Notes under the pieces: model-generated
Database searches by the model: none
Told to the model about the DNA's origin: nothing
What the model saw: only the letters and a program-made list of their open reading frames with translations
Translations under genes and position numbers: made by a program
Part shown: positions 28,231 through 40,374 of the stretch, in pieces
Position numbering within the stretch: position 1 is the stretch's first letter
Layout: each line of letters begins with the position of its first letter
Source: Octopus vulgaris
Lineage: Eukaryota
Direction: 5' to 3'
Assembly: GCA_951406725.2 (NCBI GenBank)
Contig: OX597814.1
Location: forward strand, 131,006,001 to 131,070,000
DNA: 64,000 bases

Positions 28231-28486
28231 TAGCCTTTGCACAGCTTCTAACGCTAGAGATGTACTACGGTGTCAGCCTTGCTATATTGTCGTGGCATCT
28301 CTTATATTCCTTTTGGGCTAGTGGCGTACATTGGCTGGTAATATGACAAACGGTTTCAATATTTTGTTCACAGATTCTACACTTATCACTTTCTGATGTG
28401 TTGTCTATTCTATATTTTATATAGTTTGTTCTTAGTGCTTGCTCTTGGGCAGCACAGATTAGAGCCTCCGTTTCCAGTTTTAAATT
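28231..28486 (-). mobile_element. R4/Dong-like fragment: CCHC region joined directly to the 3' UTR
   Basis: LKLETEALICAAQEQALRTNYIKYRID..DKCRICEQNIETVCHITSQCTPLAQKEY..HDNIAR; 3' UTR GCCTTTGCACAGCTTCTAACGCT shared with 7620; abuts (TAA)n. Confidence 0.88.
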
Positions 28487-28794
28487 ACAAACAACATGCT
28501 GCCTTCGCTTCAGATTAGAAGCTACTAAGGTGCCAGGAAGAAAGACTTGTTACAGATTTTGCTTATCACTGTTTTATGGGGTCAGTTTTAATTGATTTCT
28601 GTCAACTCCCTCAGCCCTACCCCAACAGACACTGCTCCTTGTTCTCTCGGCCTTAGATATACAAAGATTTGATAAAACTAGTCTATAAATTAAAACTAAC
28701 CCCATAAAGCAGTGATAAGCAAACTCTATAACAAGTCTTTCTTCCTAATACCTTAGTAGCTTCTAAGCTGAAGCGAAGCCAGCATGTTCTTTGT
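28487..28794. mobile_element. MITE/foldback element with about 110-bp imperfect TIRs
   Basis: ACAAACAACATGCTG..TTAGAAGCTACTAAGGT / ACCTTAGTAGCTTCTAA..CAGCATGTTCTTTGT. Confidence 0.85.
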
Positions 28795-29075
28795 CTATCT
28801 CCTTAACTTCTTGGAGATTTTAAGTAAACTTATACTAATGTGTCCATCTGTTTTAATTTAATTAAATTCTATGTCTTTGTGCAGCTGAGGATTGCTTTGC
28901 ATTTAAATTGATGTAATGGTTGCATTGTTCAATTAAATGGAGTTGCGTGAAACGATCGTACTGCATTACCTCTGGATATCCTTGTTGCTTATTTTGGTTT
29001 TCATCACCTTATTTTGAAATTGTATGGATAATACCGTATTGGTGCCTCAACTTAAGTACCATATTCATCTGAATC

Positions 29076-29152
<77 letters not shown>

Positions 29153-29192
29153 ACGTGTGTGTGTGTGTCTGTCTGTCTGTGTGTGAGTGTGT

Positions 29193-29249
<57 letters not shown>

Positions 29250-29642
29250 AACTTGCCCTAATGTTACTGATTGTGAGCCCGTATATTTGAGATAGTCGAT
29301 CAACGTCCCACGCCTTGCAATCGGTGTTCGCTATATTCAGTTCATAACAACAAGATTCATCTATCCACAAAATGGCAGACTCTCATCTGGAATAATAGGC
29401 CTAATGCACCTACAGTTTTAACACCACCACCTGGTTCTCTCCTGCAAGCAATCAGATCAAACCCGCAGTTCTTTCTTACCCACATTTCTTTCTTGCACCT
29501 GATGACCTGTAAATATTCATTTTTGGACATCGGCCGAATCAGTTTTAGTTGTTCGTAATTGCTTTCAGAGATCATACACACCACTATCTTTCTTCTAATC
29601 AATGTGTGCGTGTGTGAGTGTATGTGTGTATAACTATATACG

Positions 29643-29674
<32 letters not shown>

Positions 29675-29675
29675 C

Positions 29676-29746
<71 letters not shown>

Positions 29747-29779
29747 TATATACTTAATATATATTGTGTGTATATATAT

Positions 29780-29817
<38 letters not shown>

Positions 29818-30368
29818 TGTTTTTAAAGCTGTCGATAAGCACTGCAGGATAGGAAAAACTTTCCACTGTGAGTGGCATCAGTGCTACTACGACTGTAAAT
29901 GCGAAATCTAATTAGGCATCACAGCATGGTCTCCGCTCATCTCACTTTCCCAAGAAAGCCTACACGGAGACAAAGTCGTCCTTTGTGTTCTTCAAACCAC
30001 ATTGCAATATGGTGCTCACTAATATGGATAAATATATATTCCTCCGTAGAAATAATATACGTTCTTGGCGGATGTTTGAAACGGTTGACACCTCTTAAAA
30101 AGTTTTCCTTCGTATTCTTGCTTAACAAAATAAACGTTGTTTTTATTGCTACGAAACCTAACTACAATTAAAGACAGTCTGAGTCATAGGGCGGTTTTAG
30201 CAGATTTTATTGCCAGGAATGTGAAGGCACCAGTGAATCCAAAGAACCAGTCTTCGGATATGTTGTAATGCTAATAAGGATTTTTTTTTTGATTGAAACA
30301 TTTAATTGAAACGCACTTGAGGTTTAATGCACACTCTATTACTGGTACTTATTTCAACGACTCTAGAG

Positions 30369-30533
30369 CAGTGCTCCGTAACCGTTATGTCGCGGCACAT
30401 TGGCGTATGCCGCCGTGACATTTAAATATAATTTTTTTCCTATACTTTCAGTTATATTTTTAGTTCAGGTGTTCTACCGAATTTCGAAAAATATGTATGT
30501 GTGCCGCAAGTGAAAAAAGGTTGCAGAGCACTT
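30369..30533. mobile_element. hAT (Charlie-type) MITE
   Basis: TIRs CAGTGCTCCGTAACC / GGTTGCAGAGCACTT; 8-bp TSD CTCTAGAG / TTCTAGAG. Confidence 0.85.
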
Positions 30534-30714
30534 TTCTAGAGCGAGGAAATTCAGACTCGATCGAACTAAAGAAAATAAGGAACTGTTGTCTACTATATTC
30601 ACCCCTTTTCTTGTAAAAAGGAGGTGCTGAGGATGGGGTTTTCTTGGTAAATTTAGTCCCGTTTCTCTTTCATTGAATTCTCTGTCCTCTATAATTTAGT
30701 TTGATGCTTGTCAT

Positions 30715-31450
30715 ATTCTTTTCTACTCTAGGCACAAGGTCCGAAATTTTGGGTGGGGGAACCAGTTGACCTCAGTGCACAACAGGTATTTCATTTATCG
30801 ACCGCGAAAGGATGAAAGGCAATGTCGACCTCGGTGGAATTTGAACTCAGAACATAAAGACAGACGAAATACCTATTTCTTTACTACCCACAGAGAGGAC
30901 AAACAAGGACAGACAAACGGATTAAGTCGATTATATCGACCCCAGTGCGTAACTGCTACTTATTTAATCGGCCCCGAAAGGATGAAAGGCAAAGTCGACC
31001 TCGACGGAATTTGAACTCAGAACGTAGCGGCAGACGAAATACCTATTTCTTTACTACCCACAAGGGGCTAAACACAGAGGGGACAAACAAGAACAGACAT
31101 AGGTATTAAGTCGATTACATCGAACCCAGTGCTTAACTGGTACTTAATTTATCGACCCCGAAAGGATGAAAGGCAATGTCGACCTCGGCGGAATTTGAAC
31201 TCAGAACATAAAGACAGACGAAATACCTATTTCTTTACTACCCACAAGGAGCTAAACACAGAGAGGACAAACAAGGACAGACAAACGGATTAAGTCGATT
31301 ATATCGACCCCAGTGCGTAACTGGTACTTATTTAATCGGCCCCGAAAGGATGAAAGGCAAAGTCGACCTCGGCGGAATTTGAACTCAGAACGTAGCGGCA
31401 GACGAAATACCGCTAAGCATTTCGCCCGGCGCGCTAACGATTCTGCCTTA
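30715..31450 (-). mobile_element. Tandem head-to-tail array of four SINE family A units
   Basis: About 170-185 bp unit; TTGAACTCAGAAC recurs at about 30841, 31011, 31195 and 31379. Confidence 0.92.
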
Positions 31451-31954
31451 ATGTTTGTCCTGTTAAGTCAGAGACCTGCATTGTTTAGCTCGGTGTCTAT
31501 CATATTTGGTCTGGTAGTGCTATATTTAGCTCGATGTCTATCATATTCAACCTGATATCTAATATATTTGGTTCAGTACTTATCACATTTAGTGTGATAT
31601 CTCTTTATCTAATGAGGACGGAAACAAACCAGCACTGGATGTCAAGCGGTGAGGGAACCAAATCACAAAGACACTCGCACATAATATACATAAAAACATA
31701 AATATGCACTTGCTCGCGCACATACGCACACACGCGCGCGCACATACATGCACGCACATACACATGTACACGACTAGAAGCACTTGATGTGCGACAATTA
31801 TACCGTTCAAATTTCACCCTTAATGTTAATCTCTTCAAACACCCGTCGAGTGTGCATACATACGCACACTATGCAGTCGTGGGTGGGCTATGGCGTAACA
31901 CAAAGAGCACAGTAATAATAGGAGACAGGATCAATGCCCGTGTTCCTTTTACCT

Positions 31955-31998
<44 letters not shown>

Positions 31999-32024
31999 CG
32001 AAAAAAAAATATATATATATATAT

Positions 32025-32322
32025 ATCACCGTGATTACCGTGACCGACTGGGATATCAGATGTTGCTACACATCGCTGGTCACAATGCGCTTTGCATTGT
32101 TTTAGCCTTCAAATGACGCCACCCCGCAGGCTAAGCGAGCAGGCCAACAGAAGAAAGAGTGAGAGAAAGTTGTGGCGAAAGAGTACAGCAGAGGTCGCCA
32201 CCAACCCTGCCGTGGCCTCATGGAGCCTTAGGCGTTTTCGCTCAATAAACACTCACAACGCCCGGTCTGGGGATCGAAACCGCGAGTCCGCTGCCCTAAT
32301 CACTGGGCCATTGCGCCTCCAC
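32025..32322 (-). mobile_element. SINE family D-related
   Basis: Minus strand GGAGGCGCAATGGCCCAGTGATTAGGGCAGCGGACTCGCGG head. Confidence 0.8.
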
Positions 32323-32344
32323 GTATATATATATATATATATAT

Positions 32345-32412
<68 letters not shown>

Positions 32413-32936
32413 TCTCATAAGCTCGTCTTCCAAGCGTTCATAATAATTTTTCTATTGTCTTTGCTTAACAGCCTTCACCGTTTGTTTTTACTGTTTTGTT
32501 CTCACTGTCCTGTTCTTGTTACCACTTTCACCCTCCGCAAAAAATGCCATAGTTTATTTGATTTGCTTTGCGGGAAGGACTGTTTCAACGATGTCGCGTA
32601 TTATCCTTACCTTCGAAACGCGGAGTAGATGAAACAGGGACAACAGAAGAAGGGCAATATTCTTTTTGTTGCATGTCTCGTTTCTCTCTTTTTTTCGCTG
32701 TTCCAAAAAAAGTTCGTTTCTATGTTTTTGTTTTTATGTTTTCGTTTCGCATTGTGTTCAACGTTTATTTGATGTCCTGTACCCATATATGCATGTATAT
32801 ATACATATATATGTAGGTATGTACATATATGTATGTATATATGCATATATTTATATATTATTCATATTATATATATGTGTGTGTATGTATGTTTGTATGT
32901 ATGTAGGTGTATGTATATATGTATATATATACATAC

Positions 32937-32996
<60 letters not shown>

Positions 32997-33001
32997 GCAT
33001 G

Positions 33002-33044
<43 letters not shown>

Positions 33045-33093
33045 GCATGTATGTATGAATGAATGTATGTATATGTATGTATGAATGTATGTA

Positions 33094-33152
<59 letters not shown>

Positions 33153-33210
33153 GCCATGATACATCGGTAGCCACTACACACATTTTTTCTCTCCTTGTTT
33201 TTCTGTGTCC

Positions 33211-33246
33211 CTTTCTGTGGAAGAGCGTAGGATCGAAATGTAAAAG
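33211..33246 (+). ncRNA. Degenerate minimal hammerhead-like motif (same family as 45948)
   Basis: cttt CTGTGGA A gagc gtag gatc GAAAT GTA aaag. Confidence 0.5.
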
Positions 33247-33294
33247 ACTTTTTCAATTCCGCTATGGTCTTACCACTAAGAAACTTTCTTGAGA

Positions 33295-33378
<84 letters not shown>

Positions 33379-33836
33379 CCCTCATCATCCCATTCCTACT
33401 ATCAAATTATCTTGATTGACCACTAACTGGTACACCTTCCTTATTATCTCTCGCCTTGTTTTTCTTTTTTCTTTTTCGTTTCTTTTCTTTATTCTTCTCT
33501 TCCTGTTTTTTCTCCTCTTTTTTCTTGTCTTTTTTCTCTTTTCTTTATTCTTCTCTTCCTGTTTTCGATTTGACCTACAAATACATACCCATTTTTTAGG
33601 TCACCTTAAATAAAACCCTTGATTCAATAACACTATATACTTGGAATGACCAATTTTAGATATTATTGGATTTTACTCACAAGGTATTGGAATTTTTATG
33701 TATACCATTCTGCCTAAATAATGGATCTACAAATGCAATATTCTTGCATATCTCACATCTATTCCATTCCTTCACTTCACTCTCTATTTCGTATCTTATC
33801 TAAATTAAATATTGCCTAAACATATTCTCTCACACC

Positions 33837-33884
33837 ATCTCCGATGAAGGGATATAATAAATATCCTGGAAACAGCTCTAAGTC
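33837..33884 (+). ncRNA. Degenerate type-I hammerhead motif in a non-coding element ending in (TA)n
   Basis: CCGATGA A gggatat aataa atatcct G GAAAC AGCT CTA; stem II pairs, core mutated. Confidence 0.6.
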
Positions 33885-33974
33885 ATTCTATTTATAAATG
33901 TTCTAAAAATCTTCACAGCCTTGATTTTTTATCCCATTCTGAAAAAAAATTTATATATATATATACATATATAT

Positions 33975-34142
33975 AGGCGCAGGAGGGGCTGTGTTGTAAA
34001 TAGCTTGCTTACCAACCACATGGATCCGGGTTCAGTCCCACTGCGTGGCATCTCGGGCAAGTGTCTTCTACTATAGCCTCGGGCCGACCAAAGCCTTGTG
34101 AGTGGATTTGGTAGACGGAAACTGAAAGAAGCACGTCGTATT

Positions 34143-34183
<41 letters not shown>

Positions 34184-34402
34184 GTGTGTATGTTTGTGTG
34201 TCTGTGTTTGTTCCCCTAGCATTGCTTGACAACCGATGCTGGTGTGTTTACGTCGCCGTCTTTTAGTGGTTCGGCAAAAGCAACCGATAAAATAAGTACT
34301 GGGCTTACAAGGAATAAGTCCTGGGATCGATTTGCGCGACTAAAGGCGCTGCTCCAGCATGGCCGCAGTCAAATGACTGAAACAAGTAAAAGAGTAAAAG
34401 AG
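33975..34402 (+). mobile_element. SINE family B, full length
   Basis: Complete head, CORE-like domain, (TA)n, body and (GTAAAA)n tail. Confidence 0.92.
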
Positions 34403-34475
34403 TATATATTTATTCACACACACACACACACACATACACACACACACACATACACACACACTCACACACACATAC

Positions 34476-34517
<42 letters not shown>

Positions 34518-34764
34518 ACACAACACAGGCTTACACAGTTTTTGTCAACCAAATTCATTCATAAGGTCGGGGTCTCTAGTAGAACAGACTTGCTCAAGGC
34601 GCTGCACTAGGACTGAACCTGAAACCACAAGCATCGTAGCCACACAGCCATGCGTACTGCTATCCTTGCCATATTTAGACTGTTATCTGCCATGTTTGGC
34701 TTTGGTGTCTTTCATTTTCAATCTGATACTCTAACGACTCTGCCATGTCGCCAGTTTTGAAGGA

Positions 34765-34969
34765 TTCTTTTACTCTTCTACTTGTTTGAGTCATTTGGCT
34801 GCGGCCATGCTGGAGCACCGCCTTTAGTCGAACAAATCGACCCCAGAACTTATTCTTTGTAAGCCTAGTACTTATTCTATCGGTCTCTTTTGCCGAACCG
34901 CTATGTTACGGGGAGGTAAACACATCGGTTGTTAAGCGATGTTGGGGTGACAAACACAGACACACAAAC

Positions 34970-35000
<31 letters not shown>

Positions 35001-35165
35001 TACAATGGGATTCTGTCAATTTCCGCCTCCCAAATCCACTCACAAGGTTTTGGTCAGCCCGAGGCTATAGTAGAAGATACTTTGCCCAAGGTGCCACGCA
35101 GTGGGATTGAACCCGGAACCATGTGGTCGGTAAGCAAGCTACTTACCACACAGCCACTCCTGCGC
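34765..35165 (-). mobile_element. SINE family B, full length (a further 5' fragment lies at about 34525-34655)
   Basis: Reverse complement of consensus. Confidence 0.9.
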
Positions 35166-35419
35166 CGATTGTAGAATGGACTCTGTGAAAACACTAAAGG
35201 ATAAAGTGATAGTGTTAAATCAAGTGACCTGTTAGATCGCGCACGTAGGGTCCACGTAGTGGTTTGGTGCAGATGGTAGAATACCGGGTTAAATTGCTTG
35301 TCTGTATGTAATTGCGCTGCTTTTATGTTTTGAGATCAAATTCGTTCACAAGTACCACCATCACCACTAACCCTAAGCTGGATTTTATTATACCTTTCCA
35401 GTATCGAAAATGATTATCG

Positions 35420-36350
35420 TCATCGTTCTCCTCCTCCTCCATATCATCAACACCGATCTTCAAGCGCCATTCACAATGAACCTCCACCTATTCTTGTCAT
35501 CTGTTGCTGTGAGTACAAACTCAATTATCCCATTCCAACACCTCAGCGCACACTGTTGGGGGTCTTCCTTATTTTCTCTATCTTTATTTTGATTTCCATT
35601 ATAACACTTATTGAATTAATTCATCTTTTCTTTTCTAGAAGCACCCACAGATCTTTAGCCTGTGTTTAATTAGAATTGCAGTTATTTCGAGAATGTTATC
35701 ATACACTCGTTTGTAAGTCAAGAGTACTTTCTATGAAGAGTTTATTGCTGTTCCGAGCAACCAAGTGGATACTCCCTGTAAATGTCTAGAGGTGTCGTAA
35801 TAAGAGTTCAGTACTGCTCTCCATAGAAAATATTTTCTACAGCTGCTCTAACGAATTTAACTTATGTATATTTTGGCTGGTCATTTTCCACTGAGTCTAT
35901 TTCGCCCAGTATGGGCCAAACCACTCCAATTTAAGTTTTCTTATTAGTATCTATCTCTTTACTACCCACAAGGGGCTAAACACAGAGAGGACAAACAAGG
36001 ACAGACAAACGGATTAAGTCGATTATATCAACCTCAATGCGTAACTGGTACTTATTTAATCGACCCCGAAAGGATGAAAGGCAAAGTCAACCTCGGCAAA
36101 ATTTGAACTCAGAACGTAACGGCAGACGAAATACTGCTAAGTATTTCGCCAGGCGCGCTAACGTTTCTGCCAGCTCGCCACCTTCTTTTCTTATTAGTAT
36201 CTGCCAAGAAAGAGCTTAAGTATCGGTTGTTTACTTGTTTAAAATTTCTGCCGTTCGATGTCTTTATTTTTGTTTCTATGTTGCAAAGCATGAATTCAGT
36301 TTCTCTATCATCGATGTTCAATTGATATTAGTAACACATTAATCTAAATT
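35420..36350 (-). mobile_element. Old RTE-like LINE fragment interrupted by a SINE
   Basis: LNIDDRETEFMLCN..IKTSNGRNFKQV..YLSS..ADT; KFVRAAVENIFYG..TL; DKNRWRFIVNGA. Confidence 0.7.
35953..36185 (-). mobile_element. SINE family A with 17-bp TSD
   Basis: TSD TTTTCTTATTAGTATCT at 35936-35952 and 36186-36202. Confidence 0.93.
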
Positions 36351-36821
36351 CTCTACAAATATTTAATCTTGAAACAACACGAAAAATAATTTCAGATACA
36401 AAACATCATCGGTCACTTACAACCACTAGGTATCAGGCCGATCGCTAATGATTTTTAGGTGCACATAATGGTAACTACAATATTGGGACTAATTTTAATT
36501 TTGTCATATATTCAATTCATTTAATTTTTGACTGATTTTAATTTTTGTTTTATTCATTTAAACTAATTTTAATTCAGTGTTCCACTTCCGCTAGGTCGAT
36601 ATATTTGCCAACATTGTCAAAAATTCGCTGCTGATATCATTAAAAATATTTTCTATAATATTTATTTTTACAATAATTTTTATTTTTACACTTGTTTTTC
36701 AACATTATTTTTATAACTCAATTTCAATTTATTATTATCAATAGAAATCGTTAATAAAAGAAATCATCATCATCAGCAGCAGCAGCAGCAGTAGCGACAG
36801 CATTATTATTATTATTATTAT

Positions 36822-36865
<44 letters not shown>

Positions 36866-37045
36866 TTCTATGTTTGACTTTTGCTTTACATTTGCACAAG
36901 TTGGCTCCAAGTCTCACCCAGAGACCTCAAGAGACAAGTTGGAAGTTCCTGTTGGTGTTATGCCTAGGGTGCCATATATTTGGTTTTGTACTTAGTGTTG
37001 TACTAGTGAATGTCTAAAAACCCATAAGAAAATTATGTTTGTTTG

Positions 37046-37447
<402 letters not shown>

Positions 37448-37450
<3 letters not shown>

Positions 37451-37860
37451 TAGCTTTAGTTTTATAACGTGCTTTCACTGCACAACCGAGCTCAGCTCTG
37501 TGTGCCTTGGATATGTGCTGTGGTTTGTTGTGATGCTCTTATTTTCACTGTATTGAAAGTGTTTTACGTAATATGTGGCGCGGTGCTTAGTAGTGCTATT
37601 TTCCGTATGTTATATATACTTGTAAGTCCTGGTGTTTTTGTTATGTAGATGTCTGAATCGTTTTTATCATTCCTAATACGCCTACTATTATAGGAATTGT
37701 TTCTGTTTTTAGGCTCTACTTGACTTATCTCTATTTCCAGATCTTTGTTTTAAAAGCTTCTCCATTTCTTTTACAGAAATGTTGTCATTTGTTGGTATTG
37801 ATACATCGCCTAGAAAGCATTTTTTTTCTTGGTGATCTCTGATAACTATATCCGGTCTAT
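37448..37860 (-). mobile_element. R4/Dong-like RLE domain plus 3' UTR inside (TAA)n
   Basis: RPDIVIRDHQEKKCFLGDVSIP.D..KE.EK; IPIIVG.LG; KIALL..HILRKTLSIQ*; TAA repeats on both sides. Confidence 0.9.
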
Positions 37861-38159
37861 TATTATTATTATTTTCATAATCATCTTCTCTCAGTTCTGT
37901 TTCCATTTCGTGCCGAGTGCTTCCTGACACCTAGGGCAAGGAAACACTGTATACATTGGTAGGCCATTAAAATAAACACACAAGATTGTTCATTTACAAA
38001 GTCATGTGATAGAGAAAAGGGGAAAGAAAGACAGAGAGAAAAACAATAAAAAGAATAAAAAATAAAAAAGTAAACAAAGAAAATAAAGAGAGAAAAGGAA
38101 AGAAAATTTCCTGCGTGTTATTATTATTATCATCATCATCATTATCATCATTTGGACAG

Positions 38160-38580
38160 GATCATTAAAGCATCAGAATAACATGATATGTGGTATTACT
38201 TCTCGTTCTTTAGTTTCGTGGCTCAAATCCGCCGACGTTAACGTTGCTGCTCATTCTTTCAGGGTCGATGAAATAAGTATCAGTTTAGGGCTGGTGTCGG
38301 CTACCCACTCCGCTAAATGTCATGCCTTTTAACAACATTAAAAAGAATTATGTTTTTCTTTTAAGCTATAAGGCGGCGAGCTGGCAGAATCGTTAGCACA
38401 CCGGATGAAATGCTTAGCAGCATTTCGTCCGTCTTTACGTTCTGAGTTCAAATTCCGCCGAGGTCGACTTTGCATTTCACCCTTTCAGGATATATGAACC
38501 AGCTGAACACTGGGGTCGATTTAATCGACCCATCCCCTGCCCCCAAATTGCTGCCCTCGTGGAAAAATTTGAAACCATTA
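38160..38580 (+). mobile_element. Two SINE family A copies
   Basis: AAGGCGGCGAGCTGGCAGAATCGTTAG at 38371 and a degenerate copy upstream. Confidence 0.82.
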
Positions 38581-38619
38581 TTTTTAAGCTATTATAGGCT
38601 AATTTAGTTTGTAGAAGTG

Positions 38620-39565
38620 TTATCTTGAGGTGTATTAACAGCAAATCTCAAGAATGTTTCTTGGGAATCTTATATAATACAGGATGGTACTTTTCTGCAG
38701 GTCAACAACGCGAGCCTCAAATATCTTTTAGTCTCTTCTTTTGGATGTTGTGCCAAGGGCACGAGTTTCCACAGAAATGATTGTTGCTTTAGTTTTCCGC
38801 AGTTTCTTCAACTTTCTAGCTGATTGCTGATATTTCTCAATTTTTTCAACTTTTTCGGTATCAGTTCTGTTATCATAGGGAATTGCAAAGTCTATGTTCT
38901 CACAATGTCTGTTTATTTTGTCCTCTGTAATAATATCTGGTCTTCTTACTTCAACAGTATGGTCAGTCATTGTGTGGGATCCCATAAGATTCTATAATTC
39001 TTACTTTCAGTCACAGCTTCTGGTTCGTGTTTATACCATTGTCCTGTTATTTCGAAGCCTAACACCTGGTTAACATTTCATTACACTCTTTTAACTATAC
39101 AGTTATGCCTGTGCTTATACTCATTTTCTGTTCGCTTACTGCTTTCACTCAAGATGTAATACTTTCGTTTACTTTCCTGTAGATTCTGCGTTTGCTCTCT
39201 GACTGAGTTTTGTCTGCGTTTGCCTTTATCAGATTCGCCCTAATGGCTTGTTCTTGAGCGGCTATAATTAGCGTTTTGGTCTCTCAATATCCTCAATTTT
39301 TTTTGCATGAATTGGCCATGTAATTCTATTTCTTTCCATTTACTTATTCTATTCTTCATTAGTTCTTGAATTTCTCTTATTGATTCAGCTACTTTTGGAG
39401 CATATCTAGAGGCCGGTTTTATTCTTGCTTCACTTCCTAATACCAACACACTAATATCGCAGTATCAACGGCGTTCAGCAATCTTCTGCCTTCTTTCTTT
39501 CTATGTAGGTACAGTTTGTTGGTATTACTTACAGGGTAATATACGTTGGGGTTTTTTTGTATTAG
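38620..39565 (-). mobile_element. R4-like non-LTR fragment (RT thumb, CCHC, RLE)
   Basis: LYLHRKKEGRRL; WKEIELHGQF; RRPDII.EDK....IDFAIPYD...EK.EKIEKYQ...ALGT. Confidence 0.85.
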
Positions 39566-39586
39566 TATTATTGTTTTATTGTATAA

Positions 39587-39765
39587 TAGGCGTAGAAGTA
39601 GCTGTGTGGTTAGTAGCTTGCTTACCAACCACATGGTTCTGGGTTCAGTCCCATGGCGTGGCACCTCGGGCTAGTGTCTCTTACTATAGCCTCGGGCCGA
39701 CCAAAGCCTTGTGAATAGATTTGGTAGACGGAAACTGAATAGAATAAAAGTCGTATATATGAAAC

Positions 39766-39796
<31 letters not shown>

Positions 39797-40235
39797 TTGT
39801 ATGTTTGAGTGTCTGTGTTTGTCCCACAACATCGCTTGATAACCGACGCTGGTGTGTTTACGTCCCCGTAATTTAGCGGTTCGGCAAAAGAGACCGATAG
39901 AATAAGTACTAGGCTTCCAAAGAATAAGTCCTAGGGTCGATTTGCTCGACTAAAGGCGGTGCTCCAGCATGGCCACAGTCAAATGATTGAAACAAGTAAA
40001 AGAGAGTATTATTATTATTATTATCAAAGCGGCGAGCTAGCAGAATCGTTAGCACCTTGGACGAAATTCTTAGCAGTATTTCGCCCGTCGCTACGTTCTG
40101 AGTTCAAATTTCGCCGAGGTCGACTTTGATTTTCATTCTTCGGAATCGATAAAATAAGTACCAGTTGACCACTGGGGTCGACATAATCAACTCCCTAAAT
40201 ATTTCAGGCCTTGTGGCTATAATAGTAAGAATTGT
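39587..40235 (+). mobile_element. SINE family B (39587-40007) followed by SINE family A (40026-40235)
   Basis: Match to both consensus sequences. Confidence 0.9.
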
Positions 40236-40314
40236 TATTATTATTTTTTCAATTTGTTGTTTCAATTGTAAGTTTTCTGTTTTCAATCATCAGCTCTGGA
40301 CAAAAAGTAAATGT

Positions 40315-40374
<60 letters not shown>

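Noticed and set aside
29300-30020. Very old RLE-element remnant (KTVGALG, RRP motifs on the minus strand)
   Set aside because: Too few motifs to support a call
30715-31450. CRISPR-like periodic repeats
   Set aside because: Units are whole SINE bodies with no unique spacers; eukaryotic context, no cas genes
32600-32665. Permuted (type II) hammerhead in the GAAA...CUGANGA-order family (also about 14335-14380 and 22630-22670, minus)
   Set aside because: Core-like words are present but stems I and III could not be paired in any copy; a family consensus would be needed
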